DNA of 64,000 bases from Eubacteriales bacterium (GCA_045636865.1 JAZTYJ010000025.1:10679-74678), one strand, 5' to 3'. Numbered from the stretch's first letter, positions 10,472 through 22,341 are shown. Numbers and translations are program-made. The notes: a model not told the origin generated them from the sequence alone.

Positions 10472-10484
10472 TTGTTTGTTTTTA

Positions 10485-12017
10485 TTAGTCGTCTATTTCG
10501 TTGTTTGTTGCATTTTCAAAAATTGCCAAAACTTCAGCTGACGGCTTTTTGTCGATAAGTGTTACAACTACCGCCGCAATTGCACCGATTATAAAGCCCG
10601 GTATAATCTCATAGATTCCTGTTGCTGCTGTGAGTGTTGCACCGTTAATCGGGAGCCACAACCAGAGCATATCAACCAAAGCACCGACTACGATACCTGC
10701 AACCGCACCCTTGTATGTAAAGCGTTTCCAGAAAAGTGAGAACAAAACTGCAGGACCGAATGCCGCGCCGAAGATACCCCATGCGTTTGAAACGAGGTCC
10801 ATAATAGCCTGTGCCGCATCACCTTCGCTGCTTGCGATAAAGTATGCAACAACTGCGATAACAATAACTATAAAGCGGCTTACCCAGAGCATTTCCTTGT
10901 TTGATGCGTTCTTTCTGATAATCGGCTTATAGAGGTCGCTTGCAAATGAAGATGCCGCAACAAGAAGCTGTGAGTCGGCAGTTGACATTGATGCCGCGAT
11001 AATTGCAGCAAGCAAAAGTCCTGCGATAAATGCCGGGAATACATCACGGGCAAGCTCGACAAATATCAATGACTGCTGACCGTTTTCAAGCAATACCTTT
11101 GAAAGGTCTGTGCCGTTTGAATATACAAACATTCTGCCGAGATACGCAATTACAACTGCTGCGCCGAGTGAAAGAATAACCCAGATAATTGCAACCGTTG
11201 CTGATTTTTTTACCATTGACGGCTTTTCGATTGCCATAAATCTTACGATGATATGCGGCATACCGAAATAACCAAGACCCCAGCCAAGACCTGAAACAAT
11301 ATCCTTCCAGCTTGCGTTCATAAAGCTTGCGACAAACTCAAACTCTTCGCCGTTCGGACCGTGATAAATCGTCGTAAGCGCTGCAGGATCAAGATCTTTT
11401 GCAAAACCTATGACAATAGGCACGATAAGTAGTGCCGCAAGCATAAGAAGTCCCTGGAAGAAGTCCGTCCAGCAAACTGCCTTGAATCCGCCGAGGAATG
11501 TGTATGCAAGAACGATTACTGCAAAAATGATCATCGCAGTTGACTTTGAGAGAGCGGGAACAAGCGTTGTGAAGACGTCTGAACCTGCAACGAATGCTGA
11601 TGCAACGTAGATCGTAAAGCAAACCAAAAATACTACTGCACAGATGATGCTCAAAGTATGGCTCTTTGAAAGAAAACGATTTGAAAGATACTGTGGAAGC
11701 GTGATAGCATCTCCTGATGCCTTTGAGAACTTACGGAGTCTCTTTGCCACGATAATCCAGTTTGCAGCAGTACCTATTGCAAGACCGATACCAATCCAGG
11801 CCTGACCGAAACCGAATGCCAGAATGCTTCCGGGAAGACCCATCAAAAGCCATGCGCTCATATCCGATGCTTGAGCACTCATAGCGGTTACCCACGGACC
11901 CATTGATCTGCCGCCGAGGAAGTAATCCTTTTCTGTTTCACTCTTTGACTTGAAGAAGAACCAAACACCTATAGCAACCATTGCTACAAAGTACAATGCA
12001 AATGCTAAAATATCCAT
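10485..12017 (-). CDS. putP: sodium/proline symporter (SSS family)
   Basis: 510 aa, ~13 TM. N-terminus DYFLGGRSMGPWVTAMSAQASDMSAWLLMGLPG is typical of PutP. Confidence 0.8.
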   Translation of the reverse strand: MDILAFALYFVAMVAIGVWFFFKSKSETEKDYFLGGRSMGPWVTAMSAQASDMSAWLLMGLPGSILAFGFGQAWIGIGLAIGTAANWIIVAKRLRKFSKASGDAITLPQYLSNRFLSKSHTLSIICAVVFLVCFTIYVASAFVAGSDVFTTLVPALSKSTAMIIFAVIVLAYTFLGGFKAVCWTDFFQGLLMLAALLIVPIVIGFAKDLDPAALTTIYHGPNGEEFEFVASFMNASWKDIVSGLGWGLGYFGMPHIIVRFMAIEKPSMVKKSATVAIIWVILSLGAAVVIAYLGRMFVYSNGTDLSKVLLENGQQSLIFVELARDVFPAFIAGLLLAAIIAASMSTADSQLLVAASSFASDLYKPIIRKNASNKEMLWVSRFIVIVIAVVAYFIASSEGDAAQAIMDLVSNAWGIFGAAFGPAVLFSLFWKRFTYKGAVAGIVVGALVDMLWLWLPINGATLTAATGIYEIIPGFIIGAIAAVVVTLIDKKPSAEVLAIFENATNNEIDD

Positions 12018-12098
12018 TCTTTAATCAAACCCCTTTTCATATTTTTCATATAAAAATCAGTATATCACAAAAAGAAACTTTTGCCAATAGTAAAATTT

Positions 12099-12136
12099 AA
12101 AAATCCCGAACTCCGAGCTTCGGAGTTCGGGATTTT
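12099..12136 (-). terminator. bidirectional intrinsic terminator
   Basis: AAAATCCCGAACTCCGA-gct-TCGGAGTTCGGGATTTT, immediately below the AGCS stop. Confidence 0.75.
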
Positions 12137-12138
12137 AA

Positions 12139-13566
12139 TTACTTATCCTTATTTGAATCTGATGATTTCTTAACGAGCTTTGAGAGAGCGACGAGTGCAA
12201 GAACGTTCGGGATAACCATAAGGTAGTTGAAGAAGTCTGTGAGCTCCCAGACGAGGTCGTTTGAAAGAAGTGTTCCGAGGAAGATGAACACGATTGCAAT
12301 TACTGAATAGATGACAACTGCAACCTTGCTGTTCTTGAAAAGATACTGAACATTGATCTTACCAAAGAAGTTCCAGCCGATAATTGTTGAGTATGCAAAG
12401 AAGAGAAGGCATATCGCAACAAACGCACTACCAAAACCTGTGCCGAAAACGCTTCCCATAGCCATCTGCATAGCATTTGTCTTTGCGATTCCGTTTGCAG
12501 AAATTGCATCCAGATAATTTGCGCTTGAGAGAAGACCGCCCTCACCAACGTAGAGAGTTGAGATGACAACAAGAGCTGTCATTGTGAGAACAACGAATGT
12601 GTCTACAAACACGCCTACCATAGCAACAACACCCTGGTCGTGCGGCTTCTTGACATCTGCCATCGCGTGAGCATGCGGAGTTGAACCCATACCTGCTTCA
12701 TTTGAGAAGAGCCCGCGCTTTGCACCCTGGCTGATGGCAGTCTTGAGAGCAACACCAATAGTTGCACCGAGAATAGCATCCGGCTTGAATGCATACTTGA
12801 AGATTGCCGCAAATGTTGCCGGGATGTACTGGATTCTTGCAATAATAACTACAAGACCACCGAGAAGGAAGAGAACTGCCATAATCGGAACGAGCTTTTC
12901 TGTAACTGATGCGATTCTCTTGATGCCACCGATGAAGATGAATGCAGAAACAACTGCAATAACAATACCGATAATCCAGCCCCACTGTGTGTAGTCAACA
13001 TTTACAGCGCTGCAAGCGGCCTCTGCGATTGAGTTTGACTGAACCATTGAACCAAAGAAGCCAAGAGCAACTGTGATTGCAAGAGCAAAGAATACTGCAA
13101 GGAATGTTCCGAAGCCGTTCGGGAACGCTTTTTTGATGTAGTAAACCGGACCGCCGTGGATTTCGCCGTTTGCATCAACCTCTTTTGTCTCCTGAGCGAG
13201 AACTGCTTCAGCGTAGATTGTTGCCATACCGAGGAATGCGATGATCCACATCCAGAAGATAGCACCTGGACCACCGACGAGGATAGCGCCTGATGCACCA
13301 ACGATGTTACCTGTACCTACCTGTGCTGCAACAGCAGTTGCAAGAGCCTGGAATGAGGTAAGACCTGCACCGTCACTCTTACCAAAGAGCTTAATGTTTC
13401 CAAAAACACTCTTCATACCTTCACCAAAGCAACGAATCTGAACGAAACGTGTTTTGAATGTGAAGAAGAGACCTACTCCAACGAGGAGCACGATGAGAAT
13501 GTAGTCCGCGAGAAAGCCGTTGGCTGTCTGGACCATTGCGAGAAGTGAGTCAAGAAATGCCTGCAT
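12139..13566 (-). CDS. alanine/glycine:cation symporter (AGCS family amino-acid carrier)
   Basis: MQAFLDSLLAMV...GLFFTFKTRFVQIRCFGEGMK...SFQALATAVAAQVGTGNIVG is typical of AGCS carriers. Start at ATG 13566 with AGGAGG RBS; the track ORF carries a spurious 21-aa extension. Confidence 0.85.
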   Translation of the reverse strand: MQAFLDSLLAMVQTANGFLADYILIVLLVGVGLFFTFKTRFVQIRCFGEGMKSVFGNIKLFGKSDGAGLTSFQALATAVAAQVGTGNIVGASGAILVGGPGAIFWMWIIAFLGMATIYAEAVLAQETKEVDANGEIHGGPVYYIKKAFPNGFGTFLAVFFALAITVALGFFGSMVQSNSIAEAACSAVNVDYTQWGWIIGIVIAVVSAFIFIGGIKRIASVTEKLVPIMAVLFLLGGLVVIIARIQYIPATFAAIFKYAFKPDAILGATIGVALKTAISQGAKRGLFSNEAGMGSTPHAHAMADVKKPHDQGVVAMVGVFVDTFVVLTMTALVVISTLYVGEGGLLSSANYLDAISANGIAKTNAMQMAMGSVFGTGFGSAFVAICLLFFAYSTIIGWNFFGKINVQYLFKNSKVAVVIYSVIAIVFIFLGTLLSNDLVWELTDFFNYLMVIPNVLALVALSKLVKKSSDSNKDK

Positions 13567-13632
13567 AATTTTTCCTCCTAAAAAATAAAAAAAGTTATCG
13601 CCTGCGATAACTCTGAAAACGCACAACATGAC

Positions 13633-13790
13633 ACCTTTTTAAAAGTGTTGTGCTTTTCTCTGTTCTTTTGCCTGAGAGATTCAGCGAAAATTCGCCTTAC
13701 ACCTTCGGCACCCATTTAAGAGATTCTCCAGAGTTCCCTCCCCTTTCAGTTTCTTTCGATTCTGAAAGTTTCACAGGGCAATATTAAATT
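13633..13790 (-). promoter_or_regulatory. glycine riboswitch (one clear aptamer plus expression-platform hairpin)
   Basis: The minus strand reads CTCTGGAGAATCTCTTAAATGGGTGCCGAAGGTGTAAGGCGAATTTTCGCTGAATCTCTCAGGCAAAAGAACAGAG. This matches the conserved CUCUGGAGA...GCCGAAGG...CUCUCAGGCAAAAGGACAGAG core. It is followed by GCACAAC...GTTGTGC-GTTTTC. Confidence 0.8.
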
Positions 13791-13796
13791 ATCGTA

Positions 13797-13825
13797 AGTA
13801 TAGCACAACATTTTGCATAATGCAA
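13797..13825 (-). promoter_or_regulatory. promoter of the glycine riboswitch/AGCS unit
   Basis: Minus strand: TTGCAT, 17 nt, TATACT. Confidence 0.55.
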
Positions 13826-13857
13826 CACTTTTTTGCAAAAAAATCCGTTTTTATTTA

Positions 13858-14637
13858 TTATCCGAGCACAACGTCGAGGATCATCATAAGCGAAAAACCG
13901 ACAGCAAACATAATCGTTCCGATGTTTGAGTGTTCACCCTCCGACATTTCTGGGATAAGCTCTTCAACGACAACATACAACATCGCACCTGCCGCAAAGC
14001 TTAAGAAATACGGAAGTAACGGAAGGACAAGTCCTGCCGCAACAACGGTTAAAAGTGCGCCAATCGGCTCTACAACACCTGATGCAAAACCGTATAAAAA
14101 CGATTTTTTTCGACTCATTCCTTCGTTTTTAAGCGGTAAGGATATTATCGCGCCCTCGGGAAAATTCTGAATCGCTATTCCTATTGATAGTGCAAGTGCA
14201 CCTGCGCCGGAAACCGAAGCTTCGCCGTGAACAACTCCTGCAAGCACGGCGCCGACCGCCATACCTTCCGGCAGGTTATGAAGCGCAACCGCAAGAGCGA
14301 GCATCGAAGACCTTTTGAAATTTGACTTTATACCCTCGCACTCACCTTCGCTTCCGTGGATGTGCGGTATAATCTTATCAAGCAAAAGCAAAAACAAGAC
14401 GCCGAGCCAGAAACCGACAGTTGCCGGCACGAACGAAAACGAGCCGAGTCCTTCCGACTGTTCAAACGACGGAATTATAAGGCTCCAGACGGATGCCGCG
14501 ACCATAACTCCCGCCGCAAACCCCATAAGAGCGCGTTTTATCAAGCTGTTGAGATTTCCCTTTACAAAGAAAACACACGCAGAACCAAGAACGGTTCCGA
14601 AAAGCGGAATCATTATTTCTCTTATAACTTCGCCCAT
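13858..14637 (-). CDS. ZIP-family divalent metal (zinc) transporter
   Basis: 259 aa multi-TM protein with ALHNLPEGMAVG and AIQNFPEGAIISLPL motifs. Confidence 0.8.
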   Translation of the reverse strand: MGEVIREIMIPLFGTVLGSACVFFVKGNLNSLIKRALMGFAAGVMVAASVWSLIIPSFEQSEGLGSFSFVPATVGFWLGVLFLLLLDKIIPHIHGSEGECEGIKSNFKRSSMLALAVALHNLPEGMAVGAVLAGVVHGEASVSGAGALALSIGIAIQNFPEGAIISLPLKNEGMSRKKSFLYGFASGVVEPIGALLTVVAAGLVLPLLPYFLSFAAGAMLYVVVEELIPEMSEGEHSNIGTIMFAVGFSLMMILDVVLG

Positions 14638-15357
14638 TTATCTCTTCTCCTTTTCTTCAACGCTAACAACACAAAGCACATCTCCGCACACTCTGAAGCG
14701 GACATCAAGCCCCGCAAATGACATACCGTATACGCGCGCCTCATCCTCCTGATACGACGGACGAGGGTCCTGCGAAAGACATCCGACAAGAGCTTTTCGC
14801 TTGTCGCCAGGAACAGCTTTTAAAAGTTCCTCCGGAAAATCCACCGCAAGAACTTTCTTTTCAACAGTTTCGGTGTATCCGCCTGCCGCATCCGCATGAC
14901 AATCGGCATACGGAACATACGGTTTTATATCGTATATCGGTGTCATATCAAGAAGGTCTGCACCGCTTACAATCAATACGGTGCCGTCTTTCTCCGTCGC
15001 TTCAACACCCTCAAGGCGCACAGATGAAAGTCCGAGACTGTTCGGGCGAAACGGCGATCGGCTTGCAAAAACACCGATGCGACGATTCCCTCCGAATCTC
15101 GGCGGACGAACTGTCGGTGACCACTCGTCTCTGTGTGCTTTTGAAAAATCGAATATCAGCCAGAGATGCGAAAATCCCTCTATCTCACGCAGAGCCTCCT
15201 CGCATCTGTACTCTTCTTCGAAAACGATTTTCCCCAAAAGTTCCGGCACAAGTCCGCTCTGCCTCGGGATTCCGAACTTTTCGGAAAAGTCCGTTCTTAT
15301 GTACGCAACAGGTCGGATTTTTCTTTCTTTTTCCACAGGATACATCGCCTTAATCAA
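14638..15357 (-). CDS. trmO: tRNA (t6A37-N6)-methyltransferase TrmO/TsaA family
   Basis: VAYIRTDFSEKFGIPRQSGLV...FSHLWLIFDFS...PPRFGGNRRIGVFASRSPFRPN. The start could instead be the internal ATG at 15345. Confidence 0.75.
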   Translation of the reverse strand: MIKAMYPVEKERKIRPVAYIRTDFSEKFGIPRQSGLVPELLGKIVFEEEYRCEEALREIEGFSHLWLIFDFSKAHRDEWSPTVRPPRFGGNRRIGVFASRSPFRPNSLGLSSVRLEGVEATEKDGTVLIVSGADLLDMTPIYDIKPYVPYADCHADAAGGYTETVEKKVLAVDFPEELLKAVPGDKRKALVGCLSQDPRPSYQEDEARVYGMSFAGLDVRFRVCGDVLCVVSVEEKEKR

Positions 15358-15694
15358 GAAGAATGAGAGCCATAAAGTTCAGGTTTTCCTCGCCCGTGTT
15401 CTTAAGGCCGTGACCGCTTCCCGACGGAGTCATTGTTATGCTTCCCGGAAGAATTTCGATTTCTTCACCGTTATCGTTATAAACGCCGCTGCCCGAGAGT
15501 ATGTAATACATTTCGCTCTCACCCTCGTGGATGTGATACGGAACCTCTTCCCCCGGCAAAAGCTCAATAAAGCCGTACATTCTTATCTTTTCATTCTGCT
15601 CTGAAAATGCCGCAAGGTTTGATTTGTAAAATGCGGGCGCACCTTTTGAGTTATTCTCTGCAACCTTGTTTATGTTTTCTTTTTTAATAATCAT
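15350..15694 (-). CDS. cupin domain protein
   Basis: 114 aa with the two-His cupin motif PYHIHEGESEMYYILSGSG...GSGHGLKNTG. Confidence 0.6.
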   Translation of the reverse strand: MIIKKENINKVAENNSKGAPAFYKSNLAAFSEQNEKIRMYGFIELLPGEEVPYHIHEGESEMYYILSGSGVYNDNGEEIEILPGSITMTPSGSGHGLKNTGEENLNFMALILLD

Positions 15695-15708
15695 CTTTCT
15701 CTCTCCTT

Positions 15709-16209
15709 TTACTTTTTGAGTTTAATCTTGTCCGGTGAAACGTGTTTTCTTACATATCCCAAAAACTCCGCCTTTGCATCGTCTGACTCAAAGCTTCGCT
15801 TGGGGAAATAAAACGCCTTGCGTTTTGTGAGGAAAACATAGTAGCTCTCCTCCGATTCTCTCACGGCATAAACATCCGACCACGGAAGACGCGTTTCTCC
15901 CGAATTTGATATCTGCAGTATTTCGTCGTCATTAACCGTGAGATCAAGCTCGCTTGATGCTCCGAATGCAGCAAAGCGTCTGTCCGCACGCCTTTTAACA
16001 CTTTTCTTCTGAATAAACCAGACAAGCGGATATATCGCAATTGCAATAACGATGCCTATAATAACTCCGAGAAGTCCCGAAACGGCACTTCCGAGCGAAA
16101 GGCCTATCGCAAGGGATATGCAAACCCCGAGAAAGCGCGATATCGCCTTTGCCTGAAACCAACAGAGACCGCTGTAATCCTCCGCGAGAAAATCCGTTTT
16201 AAAATTCAT
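15709..16209 (-). CDS. membrane protein, YcxB-like (uncharacterised)
   Basis: 166 aa with two central TM helices followed by a soluble tail. Tentative family call made from architecture only. Confidence 0.35.
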   Translation of the reverse strand: MNFKTDFLAEDYSGLCWFQAKAISRFLGVCISLAIGLSLGSAVSGLLGVIIGIVIAIAIYPLVWFIQKKSVKRRADRRFAAFGASSELDLTVNDDEILQISNSGETRLPWSDVYAVRESEESYYVFLTKRKAFYFPKRSFESDDAKAEFLGYVRKHVSPDKIKLKK

Positions 16210-16221
16210 ATCTTTCTCTCC

Positions 16222-18264
<2,043 letters not shown>

Positions 18265-18279
18265 TTAAAAGACTTTTTA

Positions 18280-18933
18280 TCACTTCTCACTTAAAAACTT
18301 TGGTATCTCTCCAACTATGACCGTTTCCGCGATGCATATGTCCGTATCAACAAACGTTCCTATTTCTCGCCCTGCAAACATCATCCCCACCTGAACTTTA
18401 AAATTTATAAGTACGCGGTAGTTTGTCTGATTTATCCCCGCCTCGGTAAAGGAAGTTAAAACCTCACTGTCAACTCCCGAAACCCAGTACACGTGAACAT
18501 TGATTTTCGGTCCTCTGCCCGTGAGAAAATCTATCCCCGTAAGGCTTCCGAGAGGAACCGAAACCACATCGTCCGTTCTCTTGAGCATAATCTGTGACAG
18601 CTCGTTTGAAATCCGTAGCTTTAAGAGATTGAGTTTCTTTGTATCACCGGTTATTGAAGTTATCCTCCCGCTGTCATCGCGCTCAATTTTGACTATGTCG
18701 TCATAATCATCTTTCATAATCTCGCGCTCTGCCACCTCTCCGATTATGTCGTATGCAATGCTGTCAAGCTCCGACTGTGCAACCTCGCGCAACATTGTCG
18801 ACATTTTCCCGAAAGAGAGAAAGAGTAAAATAAAAAATAACGGAATAACAGGAATGAGCAATGCCCATTTTTTGATTATCTTCTTTCTACGTCTTCTCCT
18901 CGGTTTTATTTCAAGGCGCAACCTAACCACCAC
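18280..18933 (-). CDS. yunB: sporulation protein YunB
   Basis: Basic N-terminus plus one TM, then ...VKIERDDSGRITSI...VPLGSLTG...FLTGRGPKI...TNYRVLINFKV, the pattern characteristic of YunB. Confidence 0.65.
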   Translation of the reverse strand: MVVRLRLEIKPRRRRRKKIIKKWALLIPVIPLFFILLFLSFGKMSTMLREVAQSELDSIAYDIIGEVAEREIMKDDYDDIVKIERDDSGRITSITGDTKKLNLLKLRISNELSQIMLKRTDDVVSVPLGSLTGIDFLTGRGPKINVHVYWVSGVDSEVLTSFTEAGINQTNYRVLINFKVQVGMMFAGREIGTFVDTDICIAETVIVGEIPKFLSEK

Positions 18934-19021
18934 CGCACAAATGATATAGAATTATATTTTGAAAACTCTCCTTTTATTTCAGATTGTGCTACCCGTAAGT
19001 TAATTTTTTATTTCTTTTCTA

Positions 19022-19050
19022 TTGACTTTTCACCCCGTAATCTGTATAAT
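19022..19050 (+). promoter_or_regulatory. consensus promoter of the tRNA-Asp/tRNA-Thr unit
   Basis: TTGACT (19022-19027), 17 nt, TATAAT (19045-19050), 18 nt before tRNA-Asp. Confidence 0.75.
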
Positions 19051-19068
19051 ATCAAAGGTACAAATTCT

Positions 19069-19145
19069 GGCCCGGTAGTTCAGTTGGTTAGAACGCTAGC
19101 CTGTCACGCTAGAGGTCGTGGGTTCGAGCCCCATCCGGGTCGCCA
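19069..19145 (+). tRNA. tRNA-Asp (anticodon GTC), CCA encoded
   Basis: Hand-folded cloverleaf: acceptor GGCCCGG/CCGGGTC, anticodon arm CTAGC-CTGTCAC-GCTAG, T-arm GTGGG-TTCGAGC-CCCAT. Confidence 0.9.
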
Positions 19146-19152
19146 TTTTTTT

Positions 19153-19230
<78 letters not shown>

Positions 19231-19232
19231 CT

Positions 19233-19275
19233 AAAACCCCTGTAACCGCAACGGTTACAGGGGTTCTTGTTTTAT
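19233..19275 (+). terminator. intrinsic terminator after tRNA-Thr
   Basis: AACCCCTGTAACCG-caa-CGGTTACAGGGGTT followed by CTTGTTTTATT. Confidence 0.8.
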
Positions 19276-19348
19276 TCTGAAGTTGTGCAGTTAGCGGAGT
19301 TTGTATAACGATTGTATAACAAATGTGTTTTTCAGTATCAAAATACAT

Positions 19349-20272
19349 TTATCTAACAAAACCACTTTCTTGTAATCTTTGATCCAGGTGGTCAAATACA
19401 TACTGGTATTTATCAAGACTGACGCCCGATATATTGGCATATGCCTTTTGAATTATGTCAGGCAAACTTTCGATATCTCTCGCTTTGTATTTATTATCGC
19501 GATTAAGTCTTCCTTCTGCGCCCATACTATGTATCGTTCGTGAACCCATCTGATATATTTCTATTGTCTCTATTTTCTTTGTGGAAGAATTAAGAATTGA
19601 ATTCAAGAAAGCTTTATCGTTGACACTTGGCATAATAATATAATCAGGCTTTAAACGTTCAATATCAGAACGGATATATTCATGAGAATCACTCAGAAAA
19701 CTAATATTGCCTGCGTAGTCTTTATTTATGTTTTTCTTTTCTTTTTTCAGTGCTTCTCTGTCGGATAGGTTTGGATTTTCCCTGACTATGCGCTGGTATT
19801 CAGTTTCTATACTGAATTTCCCGTAATTACCAAATGCGATTGTTTCATAAAACGCACGAGGTTCATCCACAGTCTCTCCTCTTATAATTCCAGCAAGATA
19901 CATAACCGCAGTTGCCAGGCTTCCTCTGTTCATCGGAGTTATGTGAACATTCGGAAAGAACGGTGTTGCATTCAAAAAGGACTCTTCAAAACATTTGCGG
20001 TGTCGATTCTCCGCCTGTGTGTCATCATCCAGCCACGGACGATTGGTTTCCTCACCACAACAATAATCAGTCAGAACCTCTGCACTCGCATAAACAAGGA
20101 TTCTCTTTTCTTGTTCAGCATAATACTTGCCTACAAACGGAATTGTCGGCACAACCATTTCACTTCTTTTGCCCTCGCGTATTTTATGAACTGCCCATTT
20201 TGGAAGTCCAGCCTGCTGTATTTTTCTATAATCATCAAGCAACTCGTTTATTATCTGTTCGTAAGTATTCAT
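19349..20272 (-). CDS. hypothetical protein, distant UDG-fold-like paralogue (last gene of the 4-gene operon)
   Basis: 307 aa: ...PTIPFVGKYYAEQEKRILVYASAE...IERLKPDYIIMPSVNDKAF. It shares the pattern [aromatic pair]-x-(K)R-hydrophobic strand-E and L(K/R)P-x-x-hydrophobic strand with the 239-aa and 224-aa neighbours. Confidence 0.3.
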   Translation of the reverse strand: MNTYEQIINELLDDYRKIQQAGLPKWAVHKIREGKRSEMVVPTIPFVGKYYAEQEKRILVYASAEVLTDYCCGEETNRPWLDDDTQAENRHRKCFEESFLNATPFFPNVHITPMNRGSLATAVMYLAGIIRGETVDEPRAFYETIAFGNYGKFSIETEYQRIVRENPNLSDREALKKEKKNINKDYAGNISFLSDSHEYIRSDIERLKPDYIIMPSVNDKAFLNSILNSSTKKIETIEIYQMGSRTIHSMGAEGRLNRDNKYKARDIESLPDIIQKAYANISGVSLDKYQYVFDHLDQRLQESGFVR

Positions 20273-20289
20273 CCTCTTATTCCCTCTCT

Positions 20290-21009
20290 TTAATCATCAA
20301 GCAAAAAAGTTTTAAATATGTTATTTGCGTGATTAAAACTATCCTCTCTGCTCCAACCCGGTCTTGACGGATGATAGGAATTCGCAAAAATCGTTGATTC
20401 TCTTTCAAAAAAGCGAACACCGTTCTTTATCTTTTCTTCAGCATCGTTTACAAATACTTTCTTTGCAAAATCGAATGTTCCTCCACACAATACCAATGTC
20501 GGTTTCAACTCACTCAACTGATGCTTCAATATCTCTCTGCGCTGACTATTATCAAGATATTTATCCATCTCATTCCAGTCAGTACTTTCTGTGCCCCAAC
20601 TCTTTTTGAGATTAACAATCGATACATTCAGCAGCGATCCACACAATTTATCGTCAACTATTATTCCGTTTTCGTCGATTAACTCAACTACTTCCGGCAT
20701 TCTTTTTTCATCAATACATATATTGAACATTCTCGACCACATGGCTATATTCCTGTAAACAGAACGATAAAGAGGTTCTTCCTGCAGAGCCTGCTTATAA
20801 ACCCAATCCATATAATTCCAATCAGTCAGAACATCGTTTCTATCACCATTATTGTCGTTTCCATTTGTCTCTTTCAGCAAGAGCATCAATCTTTTATCCC
20901 GCGAAAAGAAGTGCTCGCTTACTACCCCATCGAAACATATTCCGTTATTCGGATTGTTATCTGTGATAATCTCTCTGTGCTGCTTCAAATATTCCTTAAA
21001 CACAATCAT
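20290..21009 (-). CDS. hypothetical protein with uracil-DNA-glycosylase-superfamily-like motifs
   Basis: 239 aa: KRLMLLLKETNGND (position of UDG motif A), ELKPTLVLCGGTFDF and ANSYHPSRPGW (HPS-type motif B). Motif-level inference only. Confidence 0.35.
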   Translation of the reverse strand: MIVFKEYLKQHREIITDNNPNNGICFDGVVSEHFFSRDKRLMLLLKETNGNDNNGDRNDVLTDWNYMDWVYKQALQEEPLYRSVYRNIAMWSRMFNICIDEKRMPEVVELIDENGIIVDDKLCGSLLNVSIVNLKKSWGTESTDWNEMDKYLDNSQRREILKHQLSELKPTLVLCGGTFDFAKKVFVNDAEEKIKNGVRFFERESTIFANSYHPSRPGWSREDSFNHANNIFKTFLLDD

Positions 21010-21073
21010 CTTCCTTTCGCAACTATTTCATTTTAATTATATCACACCTGCTGTTTTTTTCAAGAAAAGCATA

Positions 21074-21427
21074 TCACACAACATATCCCTCGTTACACAT
21101 ATGGCACTGGTAGTGTTCATCATATGAAAGGATATATTTTTTGTCTTTATACACATCTGTTACCCTGTCTATATCTCGCTCCATGCATCTGTCGTAATAG
21201 ATAAGATATGTATCATCGCTCTTTCGGTAAACCACGCGACCTCTGGGGAAGTAGTCAAAATCAACACCGAATTCCTTTGCATAGTTCTTCTGCCAGATGA
21301 GGTTATGGCTGTATGGATAGTTTTTAAAATCCCCATACTCCTCCGCATCCGCAAGCGAACAAGAGTGAAACAAAAGCCCACCTTCTACAAAAAAGAAAAG
21401 CGCAGGTCCGATTTTGTTATTATTCAT
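21074..21427 (-). CDS. hypothetical protein (117 aa)
   Basis: AAGGAG RBS. Sequence FFFVEGGLLFHSCSL...YGDFKNYPYSH...DYFPRGRVVYRK...CHMCNEGY. No family recognised. Confidence 0.4.
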   Translation of the reverse strand: MNNNKIGPALFFFVEGGLLFHSCSLADAEEYGDFKNYPYSHNLIWQKNYAKEFGVDFDYFPRGRVVYRKSDDTYLIYYDRCMERDIDRVTDVYKDKKYILSYDEHYQCHMCNEGYVV

Positions 21428-21458
21428 ATTCTTCTCCTTTCACTTTTTAACGTATGAT

Positions 21459-22253
21459 TCAAGACAAATTTCTTCTTTTTCTTTCTTTGTTCCATTTTTT
21501 GATTACATCCTGATGTTCCGGTTTTTCAGAAAGCGTTTTATATGCTATTTGCAAAAACTCACGGTCACCCAGTCCGCCTTCTTGAAAATCATGCAAAAAC
21601 ATTCCGCACGCAGTATAAGGATCTTCAAAACCTGATGAAACTTCGCAGATATATTTTGTCAAGTTTCCGACTTCGGAGTTTATGTCCAAATAGTATTCTA
21701 CCGTTTTTTTATCTATCAAGTAGCGAGACAAGTCAATTGTTTTATGATTGCAAACCAACTCGCAATATGCACTGTGTGAACCGAAAACATCAATCACTTT
21801 GATTTCCTTAGCCAAGAAACTGTGATTCCCTTCACAAACTATGACACGAGTTATTTCTTTCGCCAATTTTTCTTGTTCAATATACGCCTGCATCGTAAGT
21901 TGCCAAATTTGAGAAACATAACAATCATACTGTAGAAGAATTATTTCTGCCCCTTTCATTTCTAAAAGTTTTCGCAATTCAGATGCATTTTCACGCTCAT
22001 ACTCCTCGACAGTATATTCACCATACAGTGCACCACTTAACGCATCTGCCCTCATCCTTATAAATTCTTCGGACAGTATTTCCGGAGTAGCCGATCCTAC
22101 CGCCATATAATCGTAAAGGTAAATGACCTTTGTTTGATCCAAACCCTTTATTCGACAAAGGTCCCCCTTCATACTATCGCCATCAACTAAAAAAACTGCA
22201 TTGTCATACTTTTGAGCTAATTCTTCAACTACGTTTTCCAATGTTTTTTTCAT
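21459..22253 (-). CDS. hypothetical protein (264 aa), first gene divergent from the WYL regulator
   Basis: Start at ATG 22253 (MKKTLENV) with a GGGGTGG RBS. No family recognised. Confidence 0.4.
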   Translation of the reverse strand: MKKTLENVVEELAQKYDNAVFLVDGDSMKGDLCRIKGLDQTKVIYLYDYMAVGSATPEILSEEFIRMRADALSGALYGEYTVEEYERENASELRKLLEMKGAEIILLQYDCYVSQIWQLTMQAYIEQEKLAKEITRVIVCEGNHSFLAKEIKVIDVFGSHSAYCELVCNHKTIDLSRYLIDKKTVEYYLDINSEVGNLTKYICEVSSGFEDPYTACGMFLHDFQEGGLGDREFLQIAYKTLSEKPEHQDVIKKWNKERKRRNLS

Positions 22254-22307
22254 ATCATTCCACCCCTTCATTTTTAATTTGGCATATATATAAATATCAT
22301 ATTTAGC

Positions 22308-22341
22308 TGTACAAAAATCTGTACATATGCTATGATATAAT
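22308..22341 (+). promoter_or_regulatory. divergent promoter/operator region with tandem CTGTACA boxes
   Basis: The palindromic hexamer TGTACA occurs at 22308-22313 and 22320-22325 (12-bp phasing). It overlaps a TGTACA-17nt-TATGAT promoter 30 nt before the WYL gene RBS (AAGGAG 22351-22356). Confidence 0.4.

Noticed and set aside
13741-13790. A second full glycine aptamer upstream of the clear one, which would make a tandem riboswitch.
   Set aside because: Only a partial resemblance (ACTGAAAGGGGAG against ACCGAAGGGGCAA) is present. There is no GGAGA P1/P3 core, so I describe one aptamer plus a possible ghost stem.
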